Shown here one piece after another: positions 36,768 to 46,646 of a stretch of DNA of 64,000 bases. The notes under the pieces were generated by a model. The model saw nothing but the letters and a program-made list of their open reading frames with translations, was not told the origin of the DNA and did not search any database. The stretch's first letter is position 1. Every line of letters begins with the position of its first letter. The stretch spans positions 8,730 to 72,729 of the forward strand of contig JBJMIP010000314.1 in the NCBI GenBank assembly GCA_045806825.1, given 5' to 3'. The stretch comes from Marmoricola sp. (GTDB taxonomy: Bacteria > Actinomycetota > Actinomycetes > Propionibacteriales > Nocardioidaceae). The translations under genes were made by a program, and so were the position numbers.

Positions 36768-37919
36768 ATGGCCGAGGCCTACATCGTCGACGCAACCCGC
36801 ACAGCTGTCGGACGACGCAACGGCGGATTCGCCGACGTCCACCCCGCTGACTTCGCCGCGCACACGATCCGTACCGTGGTCGAGCGCAACGACTTCGATC
36901 CGACCCTGATCGACGACGTGATCCTGGGCTGCCTGGACAACATCGGCGCCCAGGCCGGCGACATCGCCCGCACCGCGGCCCTTGCCGCCGGGCTGCCGGA
37001 GAACGTCCCCGGCGTCACCCTCGACCGGCAGTGCGGCTCGGCGCAGCAGGCGGTGCACTTCGCCGCCCAGGCCGTGATGAGCGGTACCGCCGACCTGATC
37101 GTGGCCGGCGGCGTCCAGAAGATGAGCCAGTTCCCGATCCTCTCGGCCTTCGCCGCCGGCGAGCCTTACGGCTCGGTGGACCCGTGGACCGGTTCCGAAG
37201 GTTGGGCAGCACGCTTCGGCGACCAGGAGATCTCCCAGTTCCGCGGCGCCGAGATGATGGCCGAGCGCTGGAAGCTCACCCGCGAGGACTGCGAGAACTG
37301 GGCTTTCCAGAGCCACCAGCGTGCCCTGGCCGCGATCGCCGTCGGGCACTTCGAGCGCGAGATCACCGAGTACGCGGGGATCAGCGTCGACGAGGGCCCG
37401 CGCGCGGACACCTCGCTGGAGAAGATGGCCAGCCTGAACACCCTGGTCCCCGGCGGCGTCCTGACCGCCGCGGTCGCCAGCCAGATCTCCGACGGGTCCG
37501 CGGCGCTGCTGGTCGCCAGCGAAGCCGCCGTCGAGCAGCACGGGCTCACCCCGCGCGCTCGCATCCACCACATGAGCGTGCGCGGCTCGGACCCGGTGAT
37601 GATGCTCGAGGCGCCGATCCCCGCGACCCAGCACGCGCTCAAGCGCGCCGGGCTCACGATCGAGGACATCGACGTCGTCGAGATCAACGAGGCCTTCGCG
37701 CCTGTCGTGCTCGCCTGGAACCACGAGCTCAATGCCGACCCCGCGAAGGTCAACCCGAACGGCGGAGCGATCGCCCTCGGCCACCCGATCGGCTGCACCG
37801 GCGCCCGGCTGATGACCTCGCTGCTGCACGAGCTCGAGCGCACCGGCGGACGTTACGGCTTGCAGACGATGTGCGAGGGCGGCGGCCAGGCCAACGTCAC
37901 CATCATCGAGCGGATCTGA
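36768..37919 (+). CDS. Acetyl-CoA C-acyltransferase (thiolase)
   Basis: DRQCGS, NEAFA, GHPIGCTG, CEGGGQAN. Confidence 0.92.
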   Translation: MAEAYIVDATRTAVGRRNGGFADVHPADFAAHTIRTVVERNDFDPTLIDDVILGCLDNIGAQAGDIARTAALAAGLPENVPGVTLDRQCGSAQQAVHFAAQAVMSGTADLIVAGGVQKMSQFPILSAFAAGEPYGSVDPWTGSEGWAARFGDQEISQFRGAEMMAERWKLTREDCENWAFQSHQRALAAIAVGHFEREITEYAGISVDEGPRADTSLEKMASLNTLVPGGVLTAAVASQISDGSAALLVASEAAVEQHGLTPRARIHHMSVRGSDPVMMLEAPIPATQHALKRAGLTIEDIDVVEINEAFAPVVLAWNHELNADPAKVNPNGGAIALGHPIGCTGARLMTSLLHELERTGGRYGLQTMCEGGGQANVTIIERI

Positions 37920-37920
37920 G

Positions 37921-39072
37921 ATGGAGCGCGGGCTCTACACCGAGGACCACGAGGCGTACCGGGAGACGGTGCGTGAGTTCCTGGCCCGCGAGGTGGCTCC
38001 GTTCGCCGATCAGTGGGACGAGGACCGCTGGATCCCGCGCGACGTGTTCGCCAAGGCCGCCCAGGCGGGCATCTACGCCCTAGCGGTGCCCGAGGAGTAC
38101 GGCGGTGCCGGAGAGCCGGACTACCGCTTCCGGATGGTCGTCTGCGAGGAGATCGCCCGGATCAACGCCCTCTCCTTCGGCCTGACCATCGCGCTGCAGG
38201 ACGACCTGGTTCTGGCCTACCTGCTCGACATCGCCGACGAGGAGCAGCGCAAGCGCTGGCTTCCCGGCTTCGCCTCGGGCGAGATCATCGGCGCGCTGGC
38301 GATGACCGAGCCCGGCGCCGGTAGCGACCTGCAGGGAATGCGGACCAGCGCTCGCCGGGACGGTGACGACTGGGTGATCAACGGGTCCAAGACCTTCATC
38401 TCCAGCGGCATCATGGCCGACCTGGTGGTGCTGGCCACCCGGACCGATCCGGACGCCGGCTCGCACGGCTTCACGCTGTTTGTCGTCGAACGCGACACCC
38501 CGGGCTTTGAACGCGGCCGGAAGCTGGACAAGATCGGCCTGCCCGCGCAGGACACCGCGGAGCTGTTCTTCTCCGATGCGCGGGTGCCCGCACTGAACAT
38601 GCTGGGCGAGGAGGGCCAAGGCCTCCAATACCTGATGAGCCACCTCCCCCGCGAACGGCTCGGCGTCAGCGCCAAGGCGATCGCGACCTCGCGCGCGATC
38701 CTGGACCGGACGATCGAGTACTGCACCGGCCGGACCGCCTTCGGCAAGGCGATCTCGGACTTCCAGAACACCCGGTTCGAGCTGGCGGAGATGGAGACCG
38801 AGGTCGACATTGCCGAGGCGTACGTCGACCGCTCGGCGTTGGCGTACAACGCCGGTGTTCTGACGCCGGTCGAGGCAGCCAAGGGCAAGTGGTACGTGAG
38901 CGAGCTGCAGAAGCGGGTCGTCGACCGGTGTCTCCAGCTGCACGGCGGCTACGGCTACATGACTGAGTACGCCGTCGGCAAGGCGTACATCGACACCCGG
39001 ATCCAGACGATCTACGGCGGCACCACGGAAATCATGAAGGAGCTGATCGGGCGCGACATCGTCAAGCGCTGA
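37921..39072 (+). CDS. Acyl-CoA dehydrogenase (long-chain-like)
   Basis: AMTEPGAGSDL, NGSKTFIS, QLHGGYGY, IYGGTTEI. Confidence 0.92.
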   Translation: MERGLYTEDHEAYRETVREFLAREVAPFADQWDEDRWIPRDVFAKAAQAGIYALAVPEEYGGAGEPDYRFRMVVCEEIARINALSFGLTIALQDDLVLAYLLDIADEEQRKRWLPGFASGEIIGALAMTEPGAGSDLQGMRTSARRDGDDWVINGSKTFISSGIMADLVVLATRTDPDAGSHGFTLFVVERDTPGFERGRKLDKIGLPAQDTAELFFSDARVPALNMLGEEGQGLQYLMSHLPRERLGVSAKAIATSRAILDRTIEYCTGRTAFGKAISDFQNTRFELAEMETEVDIAEAYVDRSALAYNAGVLTPVEAAKGKWYVSELQKRVVDRCLQLHGGYGYMTEYAVGKAYIDTRIQTIYGGTTEIMKELIGRDIVKR

Positions 39073-39155
39073 TCGCATTGCACCGGCTTACAACTGAATA
39101 GCAACTCCCTCTCGTGGCACGCGCTCCCACAGCTGCACTGCGCTCCACGACACAG

Positions 39156-39188
39156 CGGAGGCCGCCCGGTTCCCCCGGGCGGCCTTCG
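39156..39188. terminator. GC-rich hairpin, probable bidirectional terminator
   Basis: GGCCGCCCGG-TTCCC-CCGGGCGGCC (10-bp stem, extendable) between convergent genes. Confidence 0.75.
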
Positions 39189-39204
39189 TCGTACTGCGGG
39201 TGTT

Positions 39205-40068
39205 TCAGCCGACCGGGTTGCTGCCGAGGACGGCGTCGGACATGTCGCTGATCTTGTCCCAGTTGTCGGCCACTTCGTCGACGGTGGGCGGCGTCGTGAA
39301 CACCACGCCGGAGTTCTGGAACTGGGCGACCCGGTAAACCTTCCCGCCGCCGACCACGAAGACTGATCCGTTCTCCTCGGACTCCTCGGTCATCAGGTAG
39401 CCGACCACCGGTGAGACGTGAGCGGCCGGGAGCTGGTCGAGGACCTCCTGCGGCGCGATGTCGGCAGTCATGCGGGTCGCGGCCATGGGAGCGATCGCGT
39501 TCGCGTGAATGTTTGCCCGACCTCCCTCGATCGCGAGGGTGTTCACCAGACCAACCAGACCAAGCTTGGCGGCACCGTAGTTCGACTGTCCGAAGTTTCC
39601 GAAGAGTCCGCTGGTGGAGGATGCCATCACGATCCGGCCGAACCGCTGCTCCTTGAAGTGCGGCCAGGCAGCCTTGGTCACGTTGAAGCCGCCGTACAGG
39701 TGGACCTGGAGGACGAGGTCCCACTCCGCAGCCGTCATCTTGATGAACGACGTGTCGCGCAGGATGCCGGCATTGTTCACGACACCGTGAATGCCACCGA
39801 ACGAATTCAGCGCAGTTTTGACGATCGATTCCGCGCCTTCCGTCGTCGCGACCGAGTCGTAGTTCGCCACGGCCTCGCCACCTTCGGCGATGATCTCGGC
39901 GACGACGGCGTCCGCCATGTCGGACCCAGCGCCGGAGCCGTCACGGGACCCGCCGAGGTCGTTGACGACCACCTTGGCGCCTTGGTTGGCCAGCAGCAGG
40001 GCGTAGTCGCGCCCCAGTCCCCCACCGGCTCCGGTCACGACGATGACCCGACCTTCGACTCCGGACAT
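39205..40068 (-). CDS. SDR, MFE-2-type 3-hydroxyacyl-CoA dehydrogenase-like
   Basis: TGAGGGLG, VNDLGG, NNAGILRD, GNFGQSNYGAAK. Confidence 0.88.
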   Translation of the reverse strand: MSGVEGRVIVVTGAGGGLGRDYALLLANQGAKVVVNDLGGSRDGSGAGSDMADAVVAEIIAEGGEAVANYDSVATTEGAESIVKTALNSFGGIHGVVNNAGILRDTSFIKMTAAEWDLVLQVHLYGGFNVTKAAWPHFKEQRFGRIVMASSTSGLFGNFGQSNYGAAKLGLVGLVNTLAIEGGRANIHANAIAPMAATRMTADIAPQEVLDQLPAAHVSPVVGYLMTEESEENGSVFVVGGGKVYRVAQFQNSGVVFTTPPTVDEVADNWDKISDMSDAVLGSNPVG

Positions 40069-40154
40069 GACAACACTCTCCTTCAGCTCGCGGGCTCTCC
40101 GCACAGCACTAATTCTATCCTATGTTAAATTATGTGGAACCCCTGAGGAGTCCC

Positions 40155-41123
40155 ATGACGAGCATCACGCCTGTGACGACGGATGTCGTCGAACCGGTCA
40201 GCGCTTCCGTTTACCGGATCGAGCTGCCACTCCCGTTCGACGACCTGCACATCGTCAACGCGTACGCGGTCCTCGGGGACACCGGCGTTAGCCTCGTCGA
40301 CCCCGGCTGGTCGAGCCCGGAGAGCGAGGCCACCCTGCTGCGCGGGCTAGCCTCAATCGGCGCCAGCCAAGGCGACGTCCGGCGAACCCTGGTGACGCAC
40401 GCCCACCCCGACCACTTCACCCTCGCGGTTGCCTGGCAGCGCGATCATGGAATCCCGATCCACCTCGGGTCCGGAGAGGCACCCAGCGTGCTGGCCTTCG
40501 ACCCGACCTCGACCCGCTTCCCGTACCAGGCCGAGCTCCTGGAACGCGCCGGTGCCTCTGAGCTGGCCGCCGTCATCCGCGATCTGCCCCTTGAGGACTT
40601 CGAGGCCGCGATGACCTTCGCCGCACCGCAGGTCTGGCTCACCGACCAGCAGGTGATCGACTGCGACGGCGAACTACTTCTGGCTCACGCGACCCCCGGG
40701 CATACCCGCGGTCACGTGGTCTACCAGCAGATCTCCACCGGAGCGCTTTTCACCGGCGATCACGTGCTCCCCCGAATCACCCCGTCCATCGGCCTCGAGC
40801 TCGTGCCCGAGGCGCTGCCGCTGGCCAACTACCTGGCCTCACTCGAGCTGCTGCTGCGGATCGATGACGGTCCGATGCTCTCGGCACATGGGCCGGTCAC
40901 GGCCAGCGTGCACGAGCGGGTGCGCGAGCTGCTGACGCATCACCAGGAACGGTTCGCCACGATCAGTACGCTCCAGGCGTCAGGCCGGACGACGGCCTAC
41001 GAGATCGCCGGGGCGATGACCTGGACACGCCACGAGCGCGCGCTGACCGACCTCAACGAGGTCCACCAGATGACCGCGATAGTCGAGGTGCTCGCGCACC
41101 TCGATCACCTGGACTCAGGCTAG
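40155..41123 (+). CDS. Metallo-beta-lactamase-fold hydrolase
   Basis: THAHPDH, PGHTRGH, GDH, AHG; RBS GAGGAG. Confidence 0.85.
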   Translation: MTSITPVTTDVVEPVSASVYRIELPLPFDDLHIVNAYAVLGDTGVSLVDPGWSSPESEATLLRGLASIGASQGDVRRTLVTHAHPDHFTLAVAWQRDHGIPIHLGSGEAPSVLAFDPTSTRFPYQAELLERAGASELAAVIRDLPLEDFEAAMTFAAPQVWLTDQQVIDCDGELLLAHATPGHTRGHVVYQQISTGALFTGDHVLPRITPSIGLELVPEALPLANYLASLELLLRIDDGPMLSAHGPVTASVHERVRELLTHHQERFATISTLQASGRTTAYEIAGAMTWTRHERALTDLNEVHQMTAIVEVLAHLDHLDSG

Positions 41124-41516
41124 TAGGTCGGCGCGGCCGGCTGCCGTCAGCCGGTCGACGTACGCGGGAAAGAGCTTCTTGCCGAGCGGAGCGAGCTTGA
41201 GCAGGCTGGCGATGTTTCCCTCGACCTTGATCTTGCCGCGGGCCATCGCCAGCGGCAGATTGACCTTGCCCTGCCAGTAAGCGCTACCCAGGTCGCTGGT
41301 CATCGCCATCACCGCGGTCGGCTCCGGCTGGCCAGTACCGTCGCCGACTGTTGCACCGATCGTGTCCACGACCAGGCTGGTGTCCGGGTCGGTGAACTTG
41401 AAGCCGAGCACAATGCCAGTCGACTTGAGCTTCGGGCCGATCTCCGGGTCGTCGAAGGCGACCGAGAAGACGCTGCCGATGTAGTGGCGGACTTCGTCCG
41501 CGTCCTTGAAGGCCAC
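41115..41516 (-). CDS. SCP2 sterol/lipid-binding domain protein
   Basis: WQGKVNLPLAMARGKIKVEG; GTG behind AAGGGAG. Confidence 0.85.
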   Translation of the reverse strand: MAFKDADEVRHYIGSVFSVAFDDPEIGPKLKSTGIVLGFKFTDPDTSLVVDTIGATVGDGTGQPEPTAVMAMTSDLGSAYWQGKVNLPLAMARGKIKVEGNIASLLKLAPLGKKLFPAYVDRLTAAGRADLLA

Positions 41517-41585
41517 GACGGACTCCCTTGTACGAGTAGGAAATGGATCTGGTTCTGAAGGGGTTGCCTCCATAACGAACATTAT

Positions 41586-41601
41586 CATAAGTTGACTTAT
41601 G
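41586..41601. promoter_or_regulatory. Putative operator, motif A (CATAAGTTGACTTATG)
   Basis: 7-bp perfect arms; between divergent SCP2 and TetR genes; degenerate copy at 41571-41586. Confidence 0.75.
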
Positions 41602-41668
41602 CAAGACTGTCGCGCGCCGGATTTCTCGACCCACCCTTAGACTTCCGACGACGAGCCGAGGAGTACGG

Positions 41669-42241
41669 ATGAGCACCGAGGACCTGAAGCAACGCTTCTT
41701 CGACGCTGCCCAGGAGATCCTCGCCACCGACGGGTACGGCGGGCTCAAGCTCGCTGCTGTCTGCAAACGGCTCAAGGTCACGACCGGCGCGTTCTACCAC
41801 GCGTTCGAGAGCTGGAACGAGTTCACCAGCGAGTTCCTGCTCAACTGGCGGCGGGAGCGGACCACGCTGATCGTCGAGTTAGCCCGATCGACAAACGACC
41901 CCGTCGGCCAACTGGAAGCACTCCTCGCCGCGACCCTCGACCTCCGGCACGGCAGTGAGGCCGCGATCCGCGTCTGGAGCGCGGTCGATCCCGAGGTCGG
42001 TGCGGTGCAGCGTCAGGTCGACACCGAGCGTTACGAGGTCGTCCTCGAGGCGATGAACAAGCTTGCCGGCAAGAAGGACAGTGCCCGCTTCGCGAACTGG
42101 GGGCTGAACGTGCTGGTCGGCTACGAGATGTCGACGAACGGTCAGAGCCCCGCCGACCTGGAGTGGGAGCTTCGCTCCGTGCTCGAGGCTGCCGTCGCCG
42201 CGAACGACGCGCGCAAGAGCGCCCGGCGCCGCACCGCATGA
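41669..42241 (+). CDS. TetR-family regulator
   Basis: GYGGLKLAAVCKRLKVTTGAFYHAF; RBS GAGGAG. Confidence 0.88.
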   Translation: MSTEDLKQRFFDAAQEILATDGYGGLKLAAVCKRLKVTTGAFYHAFESWNEFTSEFLLNWRRERTTLIVELARSTNDPVGQLEALLAATLDLRHGSEAAIRVWSAVDPEVGAVQRQVDTERYEVVLEAMNKLAGKKDSARFANWGLNVLVGYEMSTNGQSPADLEWELRSVLEAAVAANDARKSARRRTA

Positions 42242-42251
42242 CGCGGGCGGT

Positions 42252-43655
42252 TCAGAACATCCGGCGCAGCAGCTTCTGGGTCTTCTCCGAGTACGGCGGG
42301 TAGACCATCCGCAGGTCGGGCTTGAACGGCTTGACCGCGACCGACTTGCGGTGGCTGAACGCCTGGAAGCCCCACTCCCCGTGGTACGAGCCCATACCGC
42401 TGGCGCCGACTCCGCCGAACGGGAGGCTCGGCAGCAGGTAGTGGATGGCGCAGTGGTTGATCACCGCACCACCCGCCGGGATCTGCTCGACGATCCGGTC
42501 GGCGACCTTCGTGTCCCGACTGAAGACGTAGAGCCCCAGCGGCTTGGGCCGGCTGTTGACCAGCCGGATCGCTGCGTCGAGGTCGGTGTAGCCGATCACC
42601 GGCAGGATCGGCCCGAAGATCTCCTCGGTCATCGCCGGCTCGTCGAGGTCCGGGTCTACCAGGACGGTCGGGGCGATCGCGCAGGCGTCAACGTCGATAT
42701 CGCCGCCGACGGCGACGGTGCCGCGGGTCTGTGCCAGGTAGCCGCGCAGCCGGTCGAACTGCCGCTCGTTGACGATCGGCCGCACGGCCGGCTCGCCGAC
42801 GCTCATCTCGGCCAGGCTGCTTCGGATCTTGGCGACCAGCTCGTCCTTCACCGACTCGTGGACGATCAGGTAGTCGGGCGCGATGCAGGTCTGACCGGAA
42901 TTGAGAAGCTTGACCCAGGCGATTCGCCGCGCGGTCACGTCGAGGTCGGCGTCGGGTGTCACGAAGACCGGGCTCTTGCCACCCAGCTCGAGGATGACCG
43001 GGGTCAGCGTGTTCGCCGCTCCGGCCATGATCTTGCGCCCGATCTCGGTCCCACCGGTGAAGAAGGCCAGGTCGAAGCCCTGGGCAAGCAGCTCCTGGGT
43101 GACCACGCCGTCGCCCTCGACCACCGCGACCGCGTCGTTGTCGAGGTACGCCGGCAGCAGCTCGGCCATCAGCGCGGAAGTGCGAGGTGCAACCTCGGAC
43201 GGCTTCAGGACGACGCAGTTGCCAGCCGCGAGCGCAGCGACGATCGGGCCGAGCGAGAGGTTGACCGGGTAGTTCCACGGGCCGATGACCAGGACGACCC
43301 CGAGCGGCTCGAACTGGATCCGGGCCTTCGCGGGCATCTGCATCAGCGGCACCTTGCGGCGCTGGGGCTTCATCCACGACTTCAGGTGCTTCAGCGCGTA
43401 CTCGATGTCGCCTGACGGAGGCGCGACGTCACCGAACCAGGCGTCGAAATCATTGCGACCGAGGTCGGCCTTGACCGCCTCGACGATGTCTCGCTCCCGT
43501 TCGACGAGCAACCGCTTGAGGGCCTCCAGCTGAGCGATGCGCCACTCGATGCCCCGGGTGGCGCCCGTCGCGAAGTAGCGACGCAGCCGCTCGAGCGTGG
43601 CCACCTCAGGGAACGGCTCGGTCGGGGTGAGGGCAGGTTGGGTCTCGACGCTCAT
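42252..43655 (-). CDS. Aldehyde dehydrogenase (ALDH3/fatty aldehyde-like)
   Basis: PWNYP, KPSE, LELGGKSP, GQTCIAPDY, EEIFGP. Confidence 0.92.
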   Translation of the reverse strand: MSVETQPALTPTEPFPEVATLERLRRYFATGATRGIEWRIAQLEALKRLLVERERDIVEAVKADLGRNDFDAWFGDVAPPSGDIEYALKHLKSWMKPQRRKVPLMQMPAKARIQFEPLGVVLVIGPWNYPVNLSLGPIVAALAAGNCVVLKPSEVAPRTSALMAELLPAYLDNDAVAVVEGDGVVTQELLAQGFDLAFFTGGTEIGRKIMAGAANTLTPVILELGGKSPVFVTPDADLDVTARRIAWVKLLNSGQTCIAPDYLIVHESVKDELVAKIRSSLAEMSVGEPAVRPIVNERQFDRLRGYLAQTRGTVAVGGDIDVDACAIAPTVLVDPDLDEPAMTEEIFGPILPVIGYTDLDAAIRLVNSRPKPLGLYVFSRDTKVADRIVEQIPAGGAVINHCAIHYLLPSLPFGGVGASGMGSYHGEWGFQAFSHRKSVAVKPFKPDLRMVYPPYSEKTQKLLRRMF

Positions 43656-43682
43656 CAGAACTCCTGTGTCGATTTTCTGGGA

Positions 43683-44942
43683 TCAGTCGATCGTGTACGG
43701 CATGGACTTCACGGCTCGGACGAAGTTGCCGGTCAGGTACTCCGGCTCGCCGAGGCGCAGAGTAGGTACCCGGTGCAGCAGCTGGTCGAAGATCTCTCGC
43801 AACTGCATCTTCGCAACGAAATTGCCCATGCAGAAGTGCGGGCCGCCGCCGCCGAACCCGACATGCGGGTTCGGACTACGCAGGATGTCGAACTGATCGG
43901 CGTTCTCGAAGACGTTCTCATCGCGATTGCCGGACGAGTACACCATCGCGACCCACTCACCGGCCTTGATCTGCTGGCCGCCGAGCTCGGTGTCCTGGGT
44001 GGCCGTGCGCCGGAAGGTCATCACCGGGGAGACCCAGCGGACGAACTCCTCGATCGCGCCGCCGATCCGGGCGTCGAAGTCCTCCAGCAGGAGCGCCTTC
44101 TGGTCCGGGTACATCTGTAGCGCCCGGGCAGCCAGGCTGATCGAGTTCCGAGTGGTGTCGTTGCCGGCGACCGAGAGCAGCACGAAGAACGAGGCGATCT
44201 CCTCGTCGGTCAGCTTCACTCCGTCGACCTCTGCCTGGACCAGGTTGGTCATCAGGTCGGCCTGCGGGTGGTTGCGACGCTGCTCAGCGAACTCGAAGCC
44301 GAGCTCAAGCAACCCGACCAGGGAGTCGTTGAGCACCTCACCAGGCTCGCGCCCGGCGGCGACCTCCTCGTCGGCCCAACTCACCATGCCGTCGGCGTGG
44401 TGAGCCGCGGCCTCGCGGTTCTCCTGACCGTCGAGTCCCATCATTTCGTAGATGGTCCACATCGGGAGTTTCTTGGAGACGTCGGCGACGAAGTCGCCGG
44501 ACCCCTTCGCGATGATCTCGTCGACGATCGTCACTGTCTGTTGCTTGATCTGATCCTCGATCTTCCTGACCTGCTTCGGCGTGAACGCCGAGCTGACCAG
44601 CTTGCGCAGTACCTGATGACGCGGTGCGTCCATCCCGAGGAAGGACCCGGCCGCCTCGTTGACGTCCGGCGGAACCTCCTCGAACTGGAAGCCCTCACCG
44701 GAGCAGAAGATGTCCGGGTTCTTGCTGACCTGACCGATCAACTCGTGTGTGGTCACCACCCAGACACCGTCGTTCTCCGGGGGGATCAGGGCGCCTTCGA
44801 GCGGCGGGTGCCAGCTGATCGGGCGCTCGCGGCGGAGCACCTTGAAGGTCTCCTCGCGTTCCTCCGCGGTCTGTGCCCAGAAGGTGAGCGGCGAGACGCT
44901 GAGCTCGTCGTAGGCTCGGGCCGAGTCGATGGTGCTGGTCAT
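43683..44942 (-). CDS. Cytochrome P450 (CYP124/125-clan-like)
   Basis: VAGNDTT, EEFVRW.SPV..FRR, FGGGGPHFCMG. Confidence 0.92.
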   Translation of the reverse strand: MTSTIDSARAYDELSVSPLTFWAQTAEEREETFKVLRRERPISWHPPLEGALIPPENDGVWVVTTHELIGQVSKNPDIFCSGEGFQFEEVPPDVNEAAGSFLGMDAPRHQVLRKLVSSAFTPKQVRKIEDQIKQQTVTIVDEIIAKGSGDFVADVSKKLPMWTIYEMMGLDGQENREAAAHHADGMVSWADEEVAAGREPGEVLNDSLVGLLELGFEFAEQRRNHPQADLMTNLVQAEVDGVKLTDEEIASFFVLLSVAGNDTTRNSISLAARALQMYPDQKALLLEDFDARIGGAIEEFVRWVSPVMTFRRTATQDTELGGQQIKAGEWVAMVYSSGNRDENVFENADQFDILRSPNPHVGFGGGGPHFCMGNFVAKMQLREIFDQLLHRVPTLRLGEPEYLTGNFVRAVKSMPYTID

Positions 44943-44943
44943 G

Positions 44944-46494
44944 TCAGGCTCCAATCGTGGACGCGACGGGCGCGTACAGCTTCTTGAGCTCGCCCTTGAC
45001 GAGCTTGCCGGTGGGGGTGCGCGGGAGCGAATCTGCGAAGTCGACCGTGCGAGGCGCCTTGTAGTGCGCCAGTCGTTCGCGGACGTAGTCGATCAGCTCG
45101 GTGGCGAGCTCCGGGCTCGGCTCGAATCCCTGGCGCAGCTGGACGACGGCCTTGACCTGCTCACCGAACTCCGGGTCCGGGATACCGATCACGCCGACGT
45201 CGTAGATCGCCGGGTGCAGGGTGAGCACGTTCTCGACCTCCTGCGGGTAGATGTTGACCCCGCCGGAGATGATCATGAAGGCCTTGCGGTCGGTGAGGAA
45301 CAGGTAGCCGTCGTCATCGACGTACCCGAGGTCGCCGACCGCGGTCCAGGTCGGGTGCTCCGGGTGCTGCGCAGCGGCGGTCTTGTCCGGGTCGCCGTGG
45401 TACTCGAACGGCACGGTGTCGCGCTCGAAGTAGACCGAGCCGACCTCGCCGGCGGGCAGTTCTACACCTTCGTCGTCGCAGATGTGCACCGGGCCGAGCA
45501 TGCTACGGCCGACCGAGCCGGGCCGGGCCAGCCACTCGGGCGAGGTGATCAGGGTGAGGCCGTTGCCCTCGGTCGAGGCGTAGTACTCGACCAGCACCGG
45601 GCCCCACCAGTCAATCATCGCCTGCTTCACGTCGGGCGGGCACGGCGCCGCGGCGTGCACCGCCAGCCGGACGCTGGACAGGTCGTGGCCGCTGCGCACC
45701 TCGTCGGGGAGCTGCAGCAGCCGGACGAACATCGTCGGGACCATCTGCAGCACCGTGACGCCATGCTTCTCGATCACCTCGAGGGCAGCCTCGGCGTTGA
45801 ACTTCTCCATCATCACCACGGTGCCGCCGTGGGCGACGACGGCTCCGCACCAGCGCAGCGGCGCCGCGTGGTAGATCGGCGCGGCCGACAGGTACACGTC
45901 GGTGGGATTGAGACCGAAGGCCACGCCAGTCAGGTGCACCAGCGGATCGCCGGGCTCGTCGACGTTGATCGGAAGCAGAGGCGGCTTGACGCCCTTCGGC
46001 CGACCGGTGGTCCCGCTGGAGTAGAGCATGTCGCCACCACGGGGCTTCTCGGGCAGCGGTTCGCCGGCCCCGGCGACCAGGTCCTCGTACGACGCGTATC
46101 CGGCGACGTCGCCACCGAAGGCGTACCGGTGCTCGACCGCAGGGACCAGCGGGACAATCGTCTCGGCGAGCGCGGCGACGCCGGCGGAGGCGACCAGTAC
46201 CTTCGCCTCACTGTCCTCGACGATGTACGCCGCTTCCGTCGCGGACAGATTGTGATTGACGGCGGTGATGTAGAGGCCGGACCGCAGCGCAGCCCAGTAG
46301 AGCTCGATCGCCTCGACGGTGTTGTCGGCCACCATGGCGACGACGTCGCCCTTCCGGAGGCCGAGGTCGTGGAACGCCCGGGCCAGCCGGGCCGACCGCT
46401 CCTCGAGCTGTCCGTAGGTCAGCACCCGGCCGGATCCAGCCATGATCAGGGCCGGCTTGTCCGGGTTGGTGGCGGCGTGAGTACCTGGATACAT
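44944..46494 (-). CDS. Acyl-CoA synthetase
   Basis: YSSGTTGRPKG, YYASTE, GDLG, TPTGKL. Confidence 0.92.
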   Translation of the reverse strand: MYPGTHAATNPDKPALIMAGSGRVLTYGQLEERSARLARAFHDLGLRKGDVVAMVADNTVEAIELYWAALRSGLYITAVNHNLSATEAAYIVEDSEAKVLVASAGVAALAETIVPLVPAVEHRYAFGGDVAGYASYEDLVAGAGEPLPEKPRGGDMLYSSGTTGRPKGVKPPLLPINVDEPGDPLVHLTGVAFGLNPTDVYLSAAPIYHAAPLRWCGAVVAHGGTVVMMEKFNAEAALEVIEKHGVTVLQMVPTMFVRLLQLPDEVRSGHDLSSVRLAVHAAAPCPPDVKQAMIDWWGPVLVEYYASTEGNGLTLITSPEWLARPGSVGRSMLGPVHICDDEGVELPAGEVGSVYFERDTVPFEYHGDPDKTAAAQHPEHPTWTAVGDLGYVDDDGYLFLTDRKAFMIISGGVNIYPQEVENVLTLHPAIYDVGVIGIPDPEFGEQVKAVVQLRQGFEPSPELATELIDYVRERLAHYKAPRTVDFADSLPRTPTGKLVKGELKKLYAPVASTIGA

Positions 46495-46548
46495 CCTCGA
46501 GCTCCGTCTCTCGGTGCGCCGGTTCAGGCGGCTGAATCACGACGCTAA

Positions 46549-46638
46549 CATAACTCTACTTATGTTGGAAGAGCCTGCTTAACAGAGAATCAAAAATGTT
46601 GGGCCAACTCTTGTCCCGCTATCATAACTTGAGTTATG
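46549..46638. promoter_or_regulatory. Two motif A operators (46549-46564 CATAACTCTACTTATG; 46623-46638 CATAACTTGAGTTATG)
   Basis: Divergent ligase/WS-DGAT promoter region; the second site overlaps -10 TATGTT, 6 nt before ATG 46647. Confidence 0.75.
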
Positions 46639-46646
46639 TTCGCCTC

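Noticed and set aside
39156-39188. 6C RNA (C-rich loop hairpin)
   Set aside because: Only one hairpin with a short C run; position fits a terminator.
40155-41123. Beta-lactamase; likewise aminoglycoside resistance for 28321..29469
   Set aside because: Fold-level motifs only, no signal peptide evident, and context is lipid catabolism.
10603-46638. Motif A as a KstR box / region as the cholesterol degradation cluster
   Set aside because: The KstR box is 14 bp (TnnAACnnGTTnnA) with different spacing; no kstD, hsaA-D or kshA seen; the Rieske enzyme has a beta subunit, unlike KshA.
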